From assembly GCF_006345805.1 (NCBI RefSeq), contig NC_043009.1:69564001-69628000 (forward strand): DNA of 64,000 nucleotides, written 5' to 3'. Position 1 is the first letter of the stretch. Each line of letters starts with the position of its first letter. The stretch is from Octopus sinensis. Its lineage: Eukaryota. Below, in pieces: positions 53,928 to 64,000 of the stretch. The notes below the pieces were generated by a model. It was not told the origin of the DNA and searched no databases. It saw only the letters and a list, made by a program, of their open reading frames with translations. A program made the position numbers and the translations under genes.

Positions 53928-54085
53928 GATGGGCTTCTTTCAGTTTCCGTCTACCGAATCCACTCACAAGGCTTTGGTCGGTCCGAGTCTATAGTAGAAT
54001 AAACTTGCCCAAGGTTCCACGCAGTGGGACTGAACCCGGATCCATGTGGTTGGGAAGCGAGCTTTTTACCACAGACAGCCACGCT
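53675..54085 (-). mobile_element. SINE family B
   Basis: Homologous to the 48625 copy. Confidence 0.8.
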
Positions 54086-54167
54086 GCGCCTATATGCATA
54101 TATACATATATTAACATATGTAAATACACACACACATAAGTATATATATGTGTGCATATAATTGTGC

Positions 54168-54219
<52 letters not shown>

Positions 54220-54536
54220 TGTTATATTACGGGATGGTCATTTCATTTTTATTGCCAAACAAGCACATGCATTATATAATCGTTCTTCACTTGTTTATTA
54301 CTGACCATTGTTTGGAAATGTTTAATCACACACCTATGACCTCTTCTGTGACCTTCCATCCCACGCGTCTTCTGTTTTCTTTAGTCCATTCTGTCTTTCT
54401 ATGACATGTAACCTTATCTACGCAGATAAGAACACAGACCAGAGAAAAGTGGACCGACCCAAAATATAACAATATTTGTTACAACAGACGTTTTCACGAT
54501 TTCATATCAGGAAACTTGTAAAACAAATTCATAAAC

Positions 54537-54610
<74 letters not shown>

Positions 54611-54892
54611 AGCTTGGAGTTAACAGAAGATTATTCAGTATTGATTGCTGCCAGTTCCAGAGAATAGTGGCGAAGTAATGTAAACTCACTTTTTCTGGTT
54701 CTTTCTCTTAATTAATTCCGTGAGACGACTGAACAAAACTTTGTTAATAAGGAGGGCTGAAAAGCAAAGTAGGTTCTGAACTGAGAGCCCAAAGAGTGAG
54801 ATATAATATGTCGAAAATGATTTGATTTGATGTTCTAGCACATCTGCTTCATGGCAGCCTTAACTTCATTGACGAAAATCAAGAGCACTTAC

Positions 54893-55017
54893 CGTCGTAC
54901 ACAGCTATATAGTTGTCGTCACAGTTCGTTGAGTTATCTAAGGAGGAGAAAGCTACTTCAAGCTTTACGAGTTCATCGGCATTTTTGGTCGTTATCTGCC
55001 ATTCGCATTTCACAGTA
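54893..55017 (-). CDS. CUB-domain protein, exon A (middle exon of the first CUB; 125 nt, phase 2-1)
   Basis: Acceptor CTTTGTCCTTTTAG|, donor ACG|GTAAGT; encodes TVKCEWQITTKNADELVKLEVAFSSLDNSTNCDDNYIAVYD(G); same length and phases as exon D. Confidence 0.92.
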
Positions 55018-55129
55018 CTAAAAGGACAAAGGAAGTAAAAGATGGATATTGTTTTAATGTATTTATTTTATATTCTGCTTAGTGTCACTCACACACTCAC
55101 ACACGCACGCAGACAAGACAGTGAGTTGG

Positions 55130-55310
55130 CTGACAAAATGCAAAGTGGCGTTTCTCCCGGCTTTACGTTCTGAGTTCATCTACAACCGACGTCGACTTTC
55201 CCTTTCATTTTTCGGGGTCGAGGAAAGAAGTACCAGATGAAACCTGGGGCCTATGTAATTGGCTAGTCCACTACTTCTAATTTTCAGGGCCTGTGCCTAT
55301 TGTAGAAAAG
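55130..55310 (+). mobile_element. SINE family A-related diverged copy
   Basis: Shared GTCGACTTT.CCTTTCAT..GGGGTCGA core. Confidence 0.65.
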
Positions 55311-55334
55311 ATAAATATATATATATATATATAT

Positions 55335-55730
55335 ACGTGACGTATTTTTGCCATTTCAATATGGCTAACCCCTAAGGGTGGATGCTACTGTAGTTTTTAG
55401 CCCCAGGAGGACACACTCCTCGTGCTGGCCATAGACACACTTTCTGTGTCCTGTCAGTATTTGCAAAGGGAAGTCATCCTTCCCGTCTTCAACTTATGAT
55501 ACACACGGACTCGAGTTTCGAGGTATTGACCTCTCGTCAGCGTGTGACAATCATAGTTGTCGCCGAGAATTAGAATTCCTTCACAAATACTTATACTTTT
55601 TCCAGCGTCCACTGTCGCTGATATTGAAAAAGTGAAATCAAACAATGATAAATATCAATGTGAGTTATATACAGTAGCGGTAACACAACGTGACGTATTT
55701 TTGCCATTTCAATATGGCTAACCCCTAAGG
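55335..55730 (-). mobile_element. Retrozyme-like element: 353-bp monomer plus 43-bp terminal direct repeat, inside (TA)n
   Basis: ACGTGACGTATTTTTGCCATTTCAATATGGCTAACCCCTAAGG is identical at 55335-55377 and 55688-55730; the element contains a canonical HHR and has no credible coding capacity. Confidence 0.8.
55490..55559 (-). ncRNA. Type I hammerhead ribozyme
   Basis: CAACT-ATGAT-tgt-CACACG-CTGACGA-GAGGT(CAAT)ACCTC-GAAAC-TCGA-GTC-CGTGTG-t-ATCAT-a-AGTTG: complete core, GUC triplet, and all three stems pair. Predicted cut between 55508 and 55507. Confidence 0.92.
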
Positions 55731-55856
55731 TATATATATATATATACCAATAATAACAAAGGCTAAAATTAATTAATTAACTAGTAATCAATAATTTTAC
55801 CAAGTAGAATTCGGCATGAAAAGGGACTATTTCTCGGTAAACTTAAACAATATTTT

Positions 55857-56021
55857 ATAATTAGGGTTCAGCAAGATTTTCTTTACCACATATCGAAGTT
55901 TAGAAATAGCAGCCAAAGAACCTTAGCTCTTCTTAAAGTAGAAGAAATAGCTAAGGTTCTTTGGCTGCTATTTCTAAACTTCGGTATGTGGTAAAGCAAA
56001 TCTTTGCTGAACCCTAATTAT
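55857..56021. repeat. Palindrome with arms of about 72 bp at the end of a (TA)n-flanked element (about 55747-56021)
   Basis: ATAATTAGGGTTCAGC..CCTTAGCT mirrored by AGCTAAGG..GCTGAACCCTAATTAT. Confidence 0.85.
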
Positions 56022-56030
56022 GATATATAT

Positions 56031-56080
<50 letters not shown>

Positions 56081-56099
56081 TTCGTACTTAGGGTATTCA

Positions 56100-56368
56100 C
56101 TTCACGATTATAAGATCGTAAGCTCGATATCTTGCGACGCGTTGTATTCTTGAGCAAGACCCTTCATTTCACGTTGCTCTCCAATCCACTCAGCTGGCAA
56201 AAATAAGTAGTGTCTGTAATTTAAAGGGTCAGCTTTGTTACTTTTCGTATCACGCTGAATCTCCCTGGGAACTGCGTGGGCACGCGTGTCTGTTGAGTGC
56301 TCAACCAATTTTACGTTAATTTCTCGAGCAGACTATTTCGTTGATCGAATCAACTAGAACATCCGCTG

Positions 56369-56370
<2 letters not shown>
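56100..56370 (+). mobile_element. Diverged SINE (TTGAGCAAG..CCACTCAGCTGGCAAAAAT core family)
   Basis: Related segments at about 47290-47520 and 61230-61350. Confidence 0.55.
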
Positions 56371-56402
<32 letters not shown>

Positions 56403-57100
56403 CTAGAACGTGCTCACAGTGACTTCCAGCTAAGTCATCGTCCGACTGCAGATTGTAATTTTGTACTCTATTAAAGTATAGAGTAAACCATCTGATTAAT
56501 TTAAAATTGTCTTTATTATAACCGAACATAAAAGCAAACGCCAATATATGTATATAAATTTCTCCCCTTCTTCCTCCTTTCCTTCTTTTTCTTTAATATC
56601 CCTTTCAGACACACACACACACACACTCTCTCTCTCACTAGACAATGATAAAAAAGAAATCCAGACAATTTTTTGAAAAGTGACATCCCCCCCTTGGAGT
56701 AAACATCCTGACCAGCTACAAACAGACCAACAAAACAATTTTTCTTCTTTCTCTCCCTTTTCTTCCTTTCATTCTTTTTCTTTAACACTTCATTCAGATA
56801 CAAAAACACAAACACACACACACACACATGCTCTCTCTCACTTTCTCCCCATTCCTCACCCTCTTGTACTATCTTATATCCCTCCCCACCACTACACACT
56901 CAATAACACTATAAAAATAGTCAAATTTTCCCCAAGAACTTAGTTCAATTTGAAAACTCCACTAGAATGGACGAAAGCGCTAATATGTGATGTATAAAAA
57001 CATGTAATATACAAATAAATATCTGTAAATATAAAACCATCCGAATTTCTGAGTACCTCATTTCTTCTAATATAAAATACCTGTACATTATCTCCAAACC

Positions 57101-57189
<89 letters not shown>

Positions 57190-57840
57190 ACATAATGACT
57201 GTGCAAAGGAGAAAATAAAGTAATTAATGTAAAAATCTACAATGCATTTTAAATATTTTTGTACAAAAACTGTCAACTTATGTTCGGCGCTTTAATACTG
57301 TTTGATGATTGAATGGGAAACCCTGAGTAACAGTGGAGTTTTCAGATTATACACACGATCCGGGTACATTTTTAACCTTCGGGAAATGGGTATTCACTCA
57401 ATGCTTTCTTCTAAAACGCTTCCGACTTCAGACTTGGAACACTCCATTCGCTGAGTAGTTCCTCCACAGCTCCTTCGAATATCATGGCCGGAGCCGATGT
57501 AAAGGGGATAACCACATCACGGACAATTAGTTTTCGTTTACAAACCCTACTGACCGTTATGTACTTCTTCTTGTAGTTCAAGAGAGTTTATGTGGCTTTG
57601 GGTCTGACGAGTCACCTACATTGCTAAGTATTTACAGGTGCGAAACTAATGGTGGCTCTATGACCGGCCATAACTTTTAACTTCCTAATATGTATATATT
57701 TGAATTAAGGAAGTCTCGAAAATAGCTTAGAAGATCAGGTAAAAATGAGAAAAATACCCTTAAAAGACGGGGAAAAAATGACTAGCAATCCGCTACAGAG
57801 AATTGAACGATGTATAGAATTCCATTATCTGTAGCAGATT

Positions 57841-57960
57841 GCTGGTCTTTTAAGGGTATCTTTATTCAATTTCTGTCTTATAAGGGTATCTTTATTCAAT
57901 TTCTGTCTTATAAGGGTATCTTTATTCAATTTCTGTCTTATAAGGGTATCTTTATTCAAT
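57841..57960. repeat. 30-bp minisatellite, four copies
   Basis: Unit TTCTGTCTTATAAGGGTATCTTTATTCAAT; three exact copies and one 5'-variant copy. Confidence 0.95.
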
Positions 57961-58068
57961 TTTCTAAGTTGTTTTCACAGCTATTCTCCGGAGTTTCAGA
58001 TTTCCTTAATTTTTGTTTGTATGTATGTATGTATGTATGAATGTGTGTGTGTATATATGTATGTGTGC

Positions 58069-58106
<38 letters not shown>

Positions 58107-58475
58107 GCGTGTATGTGTGTGTGTATGTATGTGTGCGTGTATGTGTGTGTGTATGTATGTGGATGTGTGTGTATGTATGTGTGCGTGTATGTGTGTGTGT
58201 GTATGTATAATGTGAAATCGCCAGTAATCTTCTGACCCTTTGTATGATATAATCTGCAATATACTATTCGACAATATGAAGTATCATTGCTCAAGTTTCT
58301 CTTTAGAGCAAGCTTTTTATTCTAATTTACGGACAACTATCATTTTTGTAATGTATTTGCATATATATATATATATATATATATCTGCATATAACACATA
58401 GACACATACTCTTAAATATCATAAATTTTACGCACACATATACATTCATACACACGTACGAATGCATATATACAT

Positions 58476-58605
<130 letters not shown>

Positions 58606-58959
58606 TGTATGTATAAATACATACATATATATATATATACACACACACATATATACAATGAAATAGAGAGAGAAAGCAAGAAGGAAAGAGGGAGAGAAAG
58701 AATGGTGTGGGTGAGAGATATGATAGGAAATGGTTTACCATGAGCTATTAGACAAAAGAAAGATCACTCAGTATTTGTAAAGCGAGTCCAATTTTTACAT
58801 TATTCAGTAAAAACATTACTCTCTTTTTCATAGAAGCTCCAGTTAAAATTTGTATAGAATTGAATGAAATCTAGACTTTTACTAGCCTTAATGTCGCCAG
58901 ACATATTTTCATCAATAATTTTAAATTTCTTTTGTATTTTTTACTTCTTATTTTTCAAT

Positions 58960-59165
58960 GCAGAGAGTTTGCAGAATCGTTAGTCAGACAAAATGCTTAG
59001 CGGCGTTTATTCCGTCTCTTTACGTTCGGATTCTAAATTCCACCCAGGTCATCTTTGCCTTTTATCCTTCCAGGGTTCATTAAATAAATACCAGTTGGAC
59101 ACTGAGGTCGATCTACATGACTTAACCCCTCCCTTAAAATTGCCAGCCTTGGGCAAACATTTAAA
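58960..59165 (+). mobile_element. SINE family A-related diverged copy
   Basis: GCAGAATCGTTAG..AATGCTTAGCGG head and core. Confidence 0.65.
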
Positions 59166-59678
59166 AACCATTGTTTTTTTTTTTTAAATTCCCTATTATG
59201 CTTTGTGTTGTTTTCATGTTTGTAAATGTTTTTTTTTTTTAACGACTGCTTCTACTTCGCTTTCACCAAATATCTCTCCATATTTTTTCAGTTTATCTCC
59301 CAATTTCCACCACTTTCATTTTCTTTCCGACATAAATAATTACCTATCTCCATTTCTACTTCCATATTAACCATTTCTATCAAATTATTCTCCCAGTGTG
59401 CTAGTTGGGGTAAACCAGAATCCCTCTTCATTCATTAAGATTCGATTCTGGCATATCGAGATATTTAAAGCCTATATTAGATGTCACTCACTTCAATGTG
59501 AATTTTCTAACACGGAAAATGCTTTGGCAATTTTCTCTGTAATTTTCTGTATGAAGGAGGACGAATGGCCACACACTTGATAAGCTTTTGAAAAATCTAA
59601 CGTATACTCGGAATTCTTTTGATCTCAAGGTCACAATAGAAACCAATCTGAAGGCAGTTATTTATATATATATATATA

Positions 59679-59880
59679 TATCTGTAAATATAATATGTGA
59701 CAATTATTCGGTAGCCATGATAAAACTCCGAGTTTCGGATGTCGGGGCGGAAACCCACGCCGCCATCTCTTTAGTTATCTGGCCATCGGAAAAATGCGGC
59801 GTGGGTTTCCGCCCCGACATCCGAAACTCGGAGTTTTATCATGGCTACGGAATAATTGTCACATATTATATTTACAGATA
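59679..59880. repeat. Near-perfect palindrome (85-bp arms, one mismatch, 32-nt spacer) containing an HHR-like motif
   Basis: Arms 59679-59763 and 59796-59880; (TA)n on the left. Confidence 0.9.
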
Positions 59881-59985
59881 AATTCCTCTATTTACATAAT
59901 ATCGAGGTCTCTTTCATTCTTTTGTTGTCTTACCATTTCTATCAATACACACACACACACATATATAATCATACATATATATACA

Positions 59986-60380
59986 TTAGCAGTATCGCCC
60001 GGCGTTGCTCGGGTTGTAAGGGAAATAACTATATAAGCATTTTTAGAGAGTTATAGCCAAAAAATAGCAAAAAAATGCATTAAAAATTGAAAAAAAATTA
60101 AGGTAAATTTTTTTAAAAATCGTTGACACATCGTAGATATTTTTAGAGAGTTACTTCCCTTATATAAAAGCGAAAAAAATGCATTAAAATGGAAAAATAT
60201 GATGGTAAATTTTTTTTAAATCGTAGACTCATCGTAGACGCGCGCTAATACCCAGAAGGGCTCGATATGAATCACGACTATAAGATACCCGCTTTTGGTT
60301 AAACTGCACCGCAAAATGTGGGAGTAGTTACGAATCTAAATCGTAGGAGACAGACACACAACTTCACTCTTATATAAAGA
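59986..60380 (-). mobile_element. Non-autonomous Helitron sharing its 3' end with the 30976 element
   Basis: A|TCTTTATATAAG..CCCGAGCAACGCCGGGCGATACTGCTAA|T; internal duplication of about 65 bp. Confidence 0.75.
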
Positions 60381-60381
60381 T

Positions 60382-61160
60382 GCTTTTTTTTTTCAGTCAT
60401 AGAGTTAGATTTATGAAGGTCTTCAGTAGAAAATCCTTCGAATTCTGACTCGCTGCTTGATATAATGAAATTCGTATCCATTTTTTTGTCAGAATTACAA
60501 ATTTTGAAAACACAATAGGAACAAATTTCGGAAAAAAATCTCCCATAATTCACGGAATTAAAATTACACTTCGATTTTTGTACAAAACTGTATTTGAAGT
60601 GTTTACGAAGTATAATACGTGTTTTCACGAATGTACTAAAGAGATTTACTCTGATATTCTCATTTAAATATGAATAGGTAAATTCGGGCGGTTTGGTAAC
60701 GAAAGGGTTTATATAAGTGTTGTCTGTTATACATAAACACTGTTTCATACTTTCAGTTTAGTCTTCCTCAAATCACTCTGTCGCTATTTACTCTCTTCCA
60801 AGAACATTTTCACTCACTCTTATCTGTTAGCTTGCCATACATTTTACTCATGCATCTATCAGCGTGATAGACAGAAACAAATATTACATCTAGTTTCACT
60901 TTATTCGTTGCACACTGTGTGTGTGCGTTTGCGTGTGCTGTAAACCAGACTAAGAAAAGCATTTGACATACACACCAGAATGTGAGTTTTCTGTAAATTT
61001 TGCTTAATTGGAGTTTAAATTTTAAAAACTGGACCTGGCAAAACCCGATGCATTCTACTCTTTAAAATGCTAGGTAAATTGTAATTGAAGAAATCCTATA
61101 TTGTAGATTTCTATAACTGACAAAGGGAGGCAGATAAAATCTGCCTTTTATAATAAGAGA
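60382..61160 (-). mobile_element. Probable further Helitron-like element (only the 5' end recognised)
   Basis: A|TCTCTTATTATAAAAGGCAG start resembles the other Helitron 5' ends; no 3' CTRR end was located. Confidence 0.4.
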
Positions 61161-61169
61161 TAAATATAT

Positions 61170-61580
61170 ATCAGGTCATCCCATAAGTTCTGTCCGAATT
61201 TTGAATAAAGAAAACAAGTGATCAAATGTTAAGAGTACACGTGCCTGTGGAGTGCTCAGCCACTTCCACGTTAATTTTACGAGCAGACTGTTCCGTTGAT
61301 GGGATCAACTGGAACCCTCGTCGTCGTAACCGACGGAATGCCACCAATCATCAATGTACTTTCCCTGATTATCTATGACTTCCTTCCATCTATTTACAAG
61401 CTTTTTAATCCGTCAATGTAAAACTCTTGGTTTCAAAGCGAAGAACTCTGAAATGTCAATTTCGATCTCCTGGCTTGCGAAAGTTATGTCCCCCAAATAA
61501 TTCTGTAAACTACGAAACAAATGGTAATCTGAAGGAGCAAGGTCGAGAGAATAAGGTGGACAATGCATGGTGACCACAAT
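61170..61580 (-). mobile_element. Mariner 3' remnant interrupted by a SINE fragment
   Basis: HCPPYSLDLAPSDYHLFRSLQNYL matches the YSPDLAPxD motif. Confidence 0.8.
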
Positions 61581-61949
61581 TGAGAATAGTAGTCCAGATG
61601 TCCGAGTACAAATGTTCTCCATAGAACTAGTATAGTTTCCTGGTCCCTTGTTCAGACGGTTCTCAGAATCAGTCTGGTCCTTCACCTGCACACTGTCGCC
61701 ATCTTAGCGATGTACACATGAAACGAGGCATCGTTGCTCATATCAATCCTTAGATCACACGTTGTATGTGACTCTAGGATTGACGCTCCTTTTGGTCCAC
61801 AGTATCGTTGTTGCGGCTTCTGGGCACCAATTAGCTGGTAGCGGAGGGCTTGGAATTTGCCTGCATTAAATTACATATTGTTTTCCTCAGCCCATTTATA
61901 TATAGCATCTAGGTTTTTCTGTAAAAGATTATCATCAAAAGGTTCCTTG

Positions 61950-62720
61950 AATGCTTGTACTACTTTTTTGTCGTCGGCAGGGCTAGTTAAAGTGTGGCTG
62001 TCTGCATAACTGATGGCATATCTCAAAGAGCCATCAGGAACAACAGCGGCTCAATACAGTTTCCTGAGGCACTCCACTTTCTATTACTGTCTCCTTGGAA
62101 AGGGCTCTATTGGCTGCCAGACCCCGGCTTCTGTCTTTTAAGACGTCATGCAACTAATCTCCAAGTTTCACAGTTATGTCGACTCTCTGTAGCTTGTGAC
62201 ATATTATCCCATGATCAACCTTATCAAAGGACTTTGCTAAATTGAGATATATCACGTCCACGTTTGAGCGATTCGTTAATTGTAAGGTAGCTTCTTCCTG
62301 AGCGGAAGCTATGCTGGGTGTCGGGGAGCAAGTCATTATCTTAAAGGAACACAACCAGTCTCTTCCTGACAATGCTTTCCTTGACATTGCTGACATGGGT
62401 CGTGAAAGAGACAGGTCTATAATTTTTAACATCTACACTGCAAACTCCCTTATGGATAGAACGTATTATGCCTTCCTCTAACTTTTTGGAAAGTCTCCCA
62501 GTTGCGAGGAAGCTTTGGAAGAGAATCTAAAGTGGTCCTGCTAGAGTCCCTTTGCATTTCTTTAAGAGGGTTGCTGGGAATCCATCAGGGCCTGCGGCTG
62601 ATTTTGAGCTCACTTCATCAATGGCTGATGTTACACCTGTTTTCTCTATTTCAATGCTATCAATAACTGCCATTTTTTTTCCTGTACAAAGACGAACCCA
62701 TAAAAGAAACACAACACCAT
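61950..62720 (-). mobile_element. CR1/Jockey-like LINE reverse-transcriptase fragment
   Basis: SAAGPDGFPATLLKKC, NVDVIYLNLAKSFDKVDHGI and SGVPQETVL; contains stops and frameshifts. Confidence 0.8.
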
Positions 62721-63044
62721 TTCTAGCAACACACAATCCGCATCACCAAAACATTTTTAACATCATCAAAACAAATTTGCCACTCATAAAACAAAGGGAA
62801 AAATAAAAAAAAAAAGCTAATCAAACCCTGACTCTCATTGCATCTTCACAGTAGATGCTGAAGCAAATGGCTGAGATAAGACAACCTTAATTGTCATAAA
62901 ACTATTCTGTGTTCTTTCACCCTGGCGGTTGCATGTTATTTGTAGAAATTACAAATTACAGTGTAACGACTTTATCATTTACACCGATTCTTTTCATGGT
63001 AAGTCACAACGAAGTGAACGTATTTTTGCAGCTTATCAAGGCTT

Positions 63045-63175
63045 TCATTCACTCATTCATTAATTCATTCACTCATTCATTCACTCATTCATTCATTCAT
63101 TCACTCATTCATTCAATCACTCATTCACTCATTCATTTATTCTTTCATTCGCTCATTCATTCACTCATTTATTCA
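63045..63175. repeat. (TCAT/TCAC)n microsatellite
   Basis: Direct reading. Confidence 0.9.
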
Positions 63176-63389
63176 TACAAATATTATGAAAGGAAAAGTT
63201 TGTTCATACACAATAGAAAAACGTAACAAAAACAAAAAGTAGAACTGCGGCGTTGATTTTGAAAGACTAAAAATTAAGAATTGGTGTCTTCAGGGCCATT
63301 GGAAATATGGAATTTGTAGAATTAATTTGTGAAGTTTCATTCTCTCTCCCTCTCCCACCTATCTCTTTCTTTCTCCTCACTCTCTGTAT

Positions 63390-63438
<49 letters not shown>

Positions 63439-63559
63439 AACATACATACATATATACATATACATACATGCATATATATATATACATACATACATGCATA
63501 TATATATATACATACATACATGCATATATATATATACATACATACATGCATATATATAT

Positions 63560-63590
<31 letters not shown>

Positions 63591-63619
63591 CATATAAATA
63601 CATACATAATATATACATT

Positions 63620-63694
<75 letters not shown>

Positions 63695-64000
63695 TACATA
63701 TATGTGCATGTGTGCATATGCTTGCATATATGTGTGAATATCATTTAAGTTTACTATTTTACAAAATAAAAGAACTTAATGATATTAAATGATTATTTAA
63801 CTAGCTCTCTGTGTGTGTGTGTGCGTATATTTTGAGAAGTTTATGTTGGTTTTTAGCCTTGGATGTAATAGTTACCCGCCTGCGTGTTATCGTAGGCGCC
63901 TTTTTGGGTGTGTTTGTTGTGTGTTGCGGTGATCATTAGAACGTAAATAAAATATTCACAACTAGACACAAAATAAACTAATTCGTGTACAGAAAGCGAT

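Noticed and set aside
55454-55645. Minus-strand ORF FDFTFSISATVDAGKSISICEG.. as a CUB-gene exon
   Set aside because: It lies wholly within the retrozyme-like repeat, overlaps the ribozyme, has no CUB motif and has no good donor.
57841-57960. 30-bp repeats as a CRISPR array
   Set aside because: The units are contiguous with no spacers, the context is eukaryotic, and there are no cas genes.

Overview
AT-rich, microsatellite-dense animal genomic DNA. The SINE families and repeat landscape suggest a coleoid cephalopod, probably Octopus (inference). Almost all ORFs in the supplied track are microsatellite or transposon noise. The one well-supported gene is on the minus strand: five small exons (55017-54893, 48043-47891, 42247-42157, 29139-29015, 21830-21681) splice in frame into the last two thirds of one CUB domain plus a complete second CUB domain, and the last exon ends at a GC-type donor. 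The gene's 5' and 3' ends were not found. The rest is intron or intergenic DNA with tRNA-derived SINEs, RTE, R4/Dong and CR1-like LINE fragments, mariner and pogo remnants, non-autonomous Helitrons, and one LTR with a tRNA-Trp PBS. The most notable signal is a set of small elements, mostly in or beside (TA)n tracts, that carry type I hammerhead ribozyme (HHR) motifs. The best is a 353-bp monomer with a 43-bp terminal redundancy and a fully canonical HHR at 55490-55559 (retrozyme-like), sense to the CUB gene and about 320 bp upstream of an exon. Variant HHR motifs occur in several long palindromes (30.4, 30.9, 31.7, 59.7 kb) and in a Penelope-like end (37.0 kb). All alignments and folds were done by eye; no database search was run.
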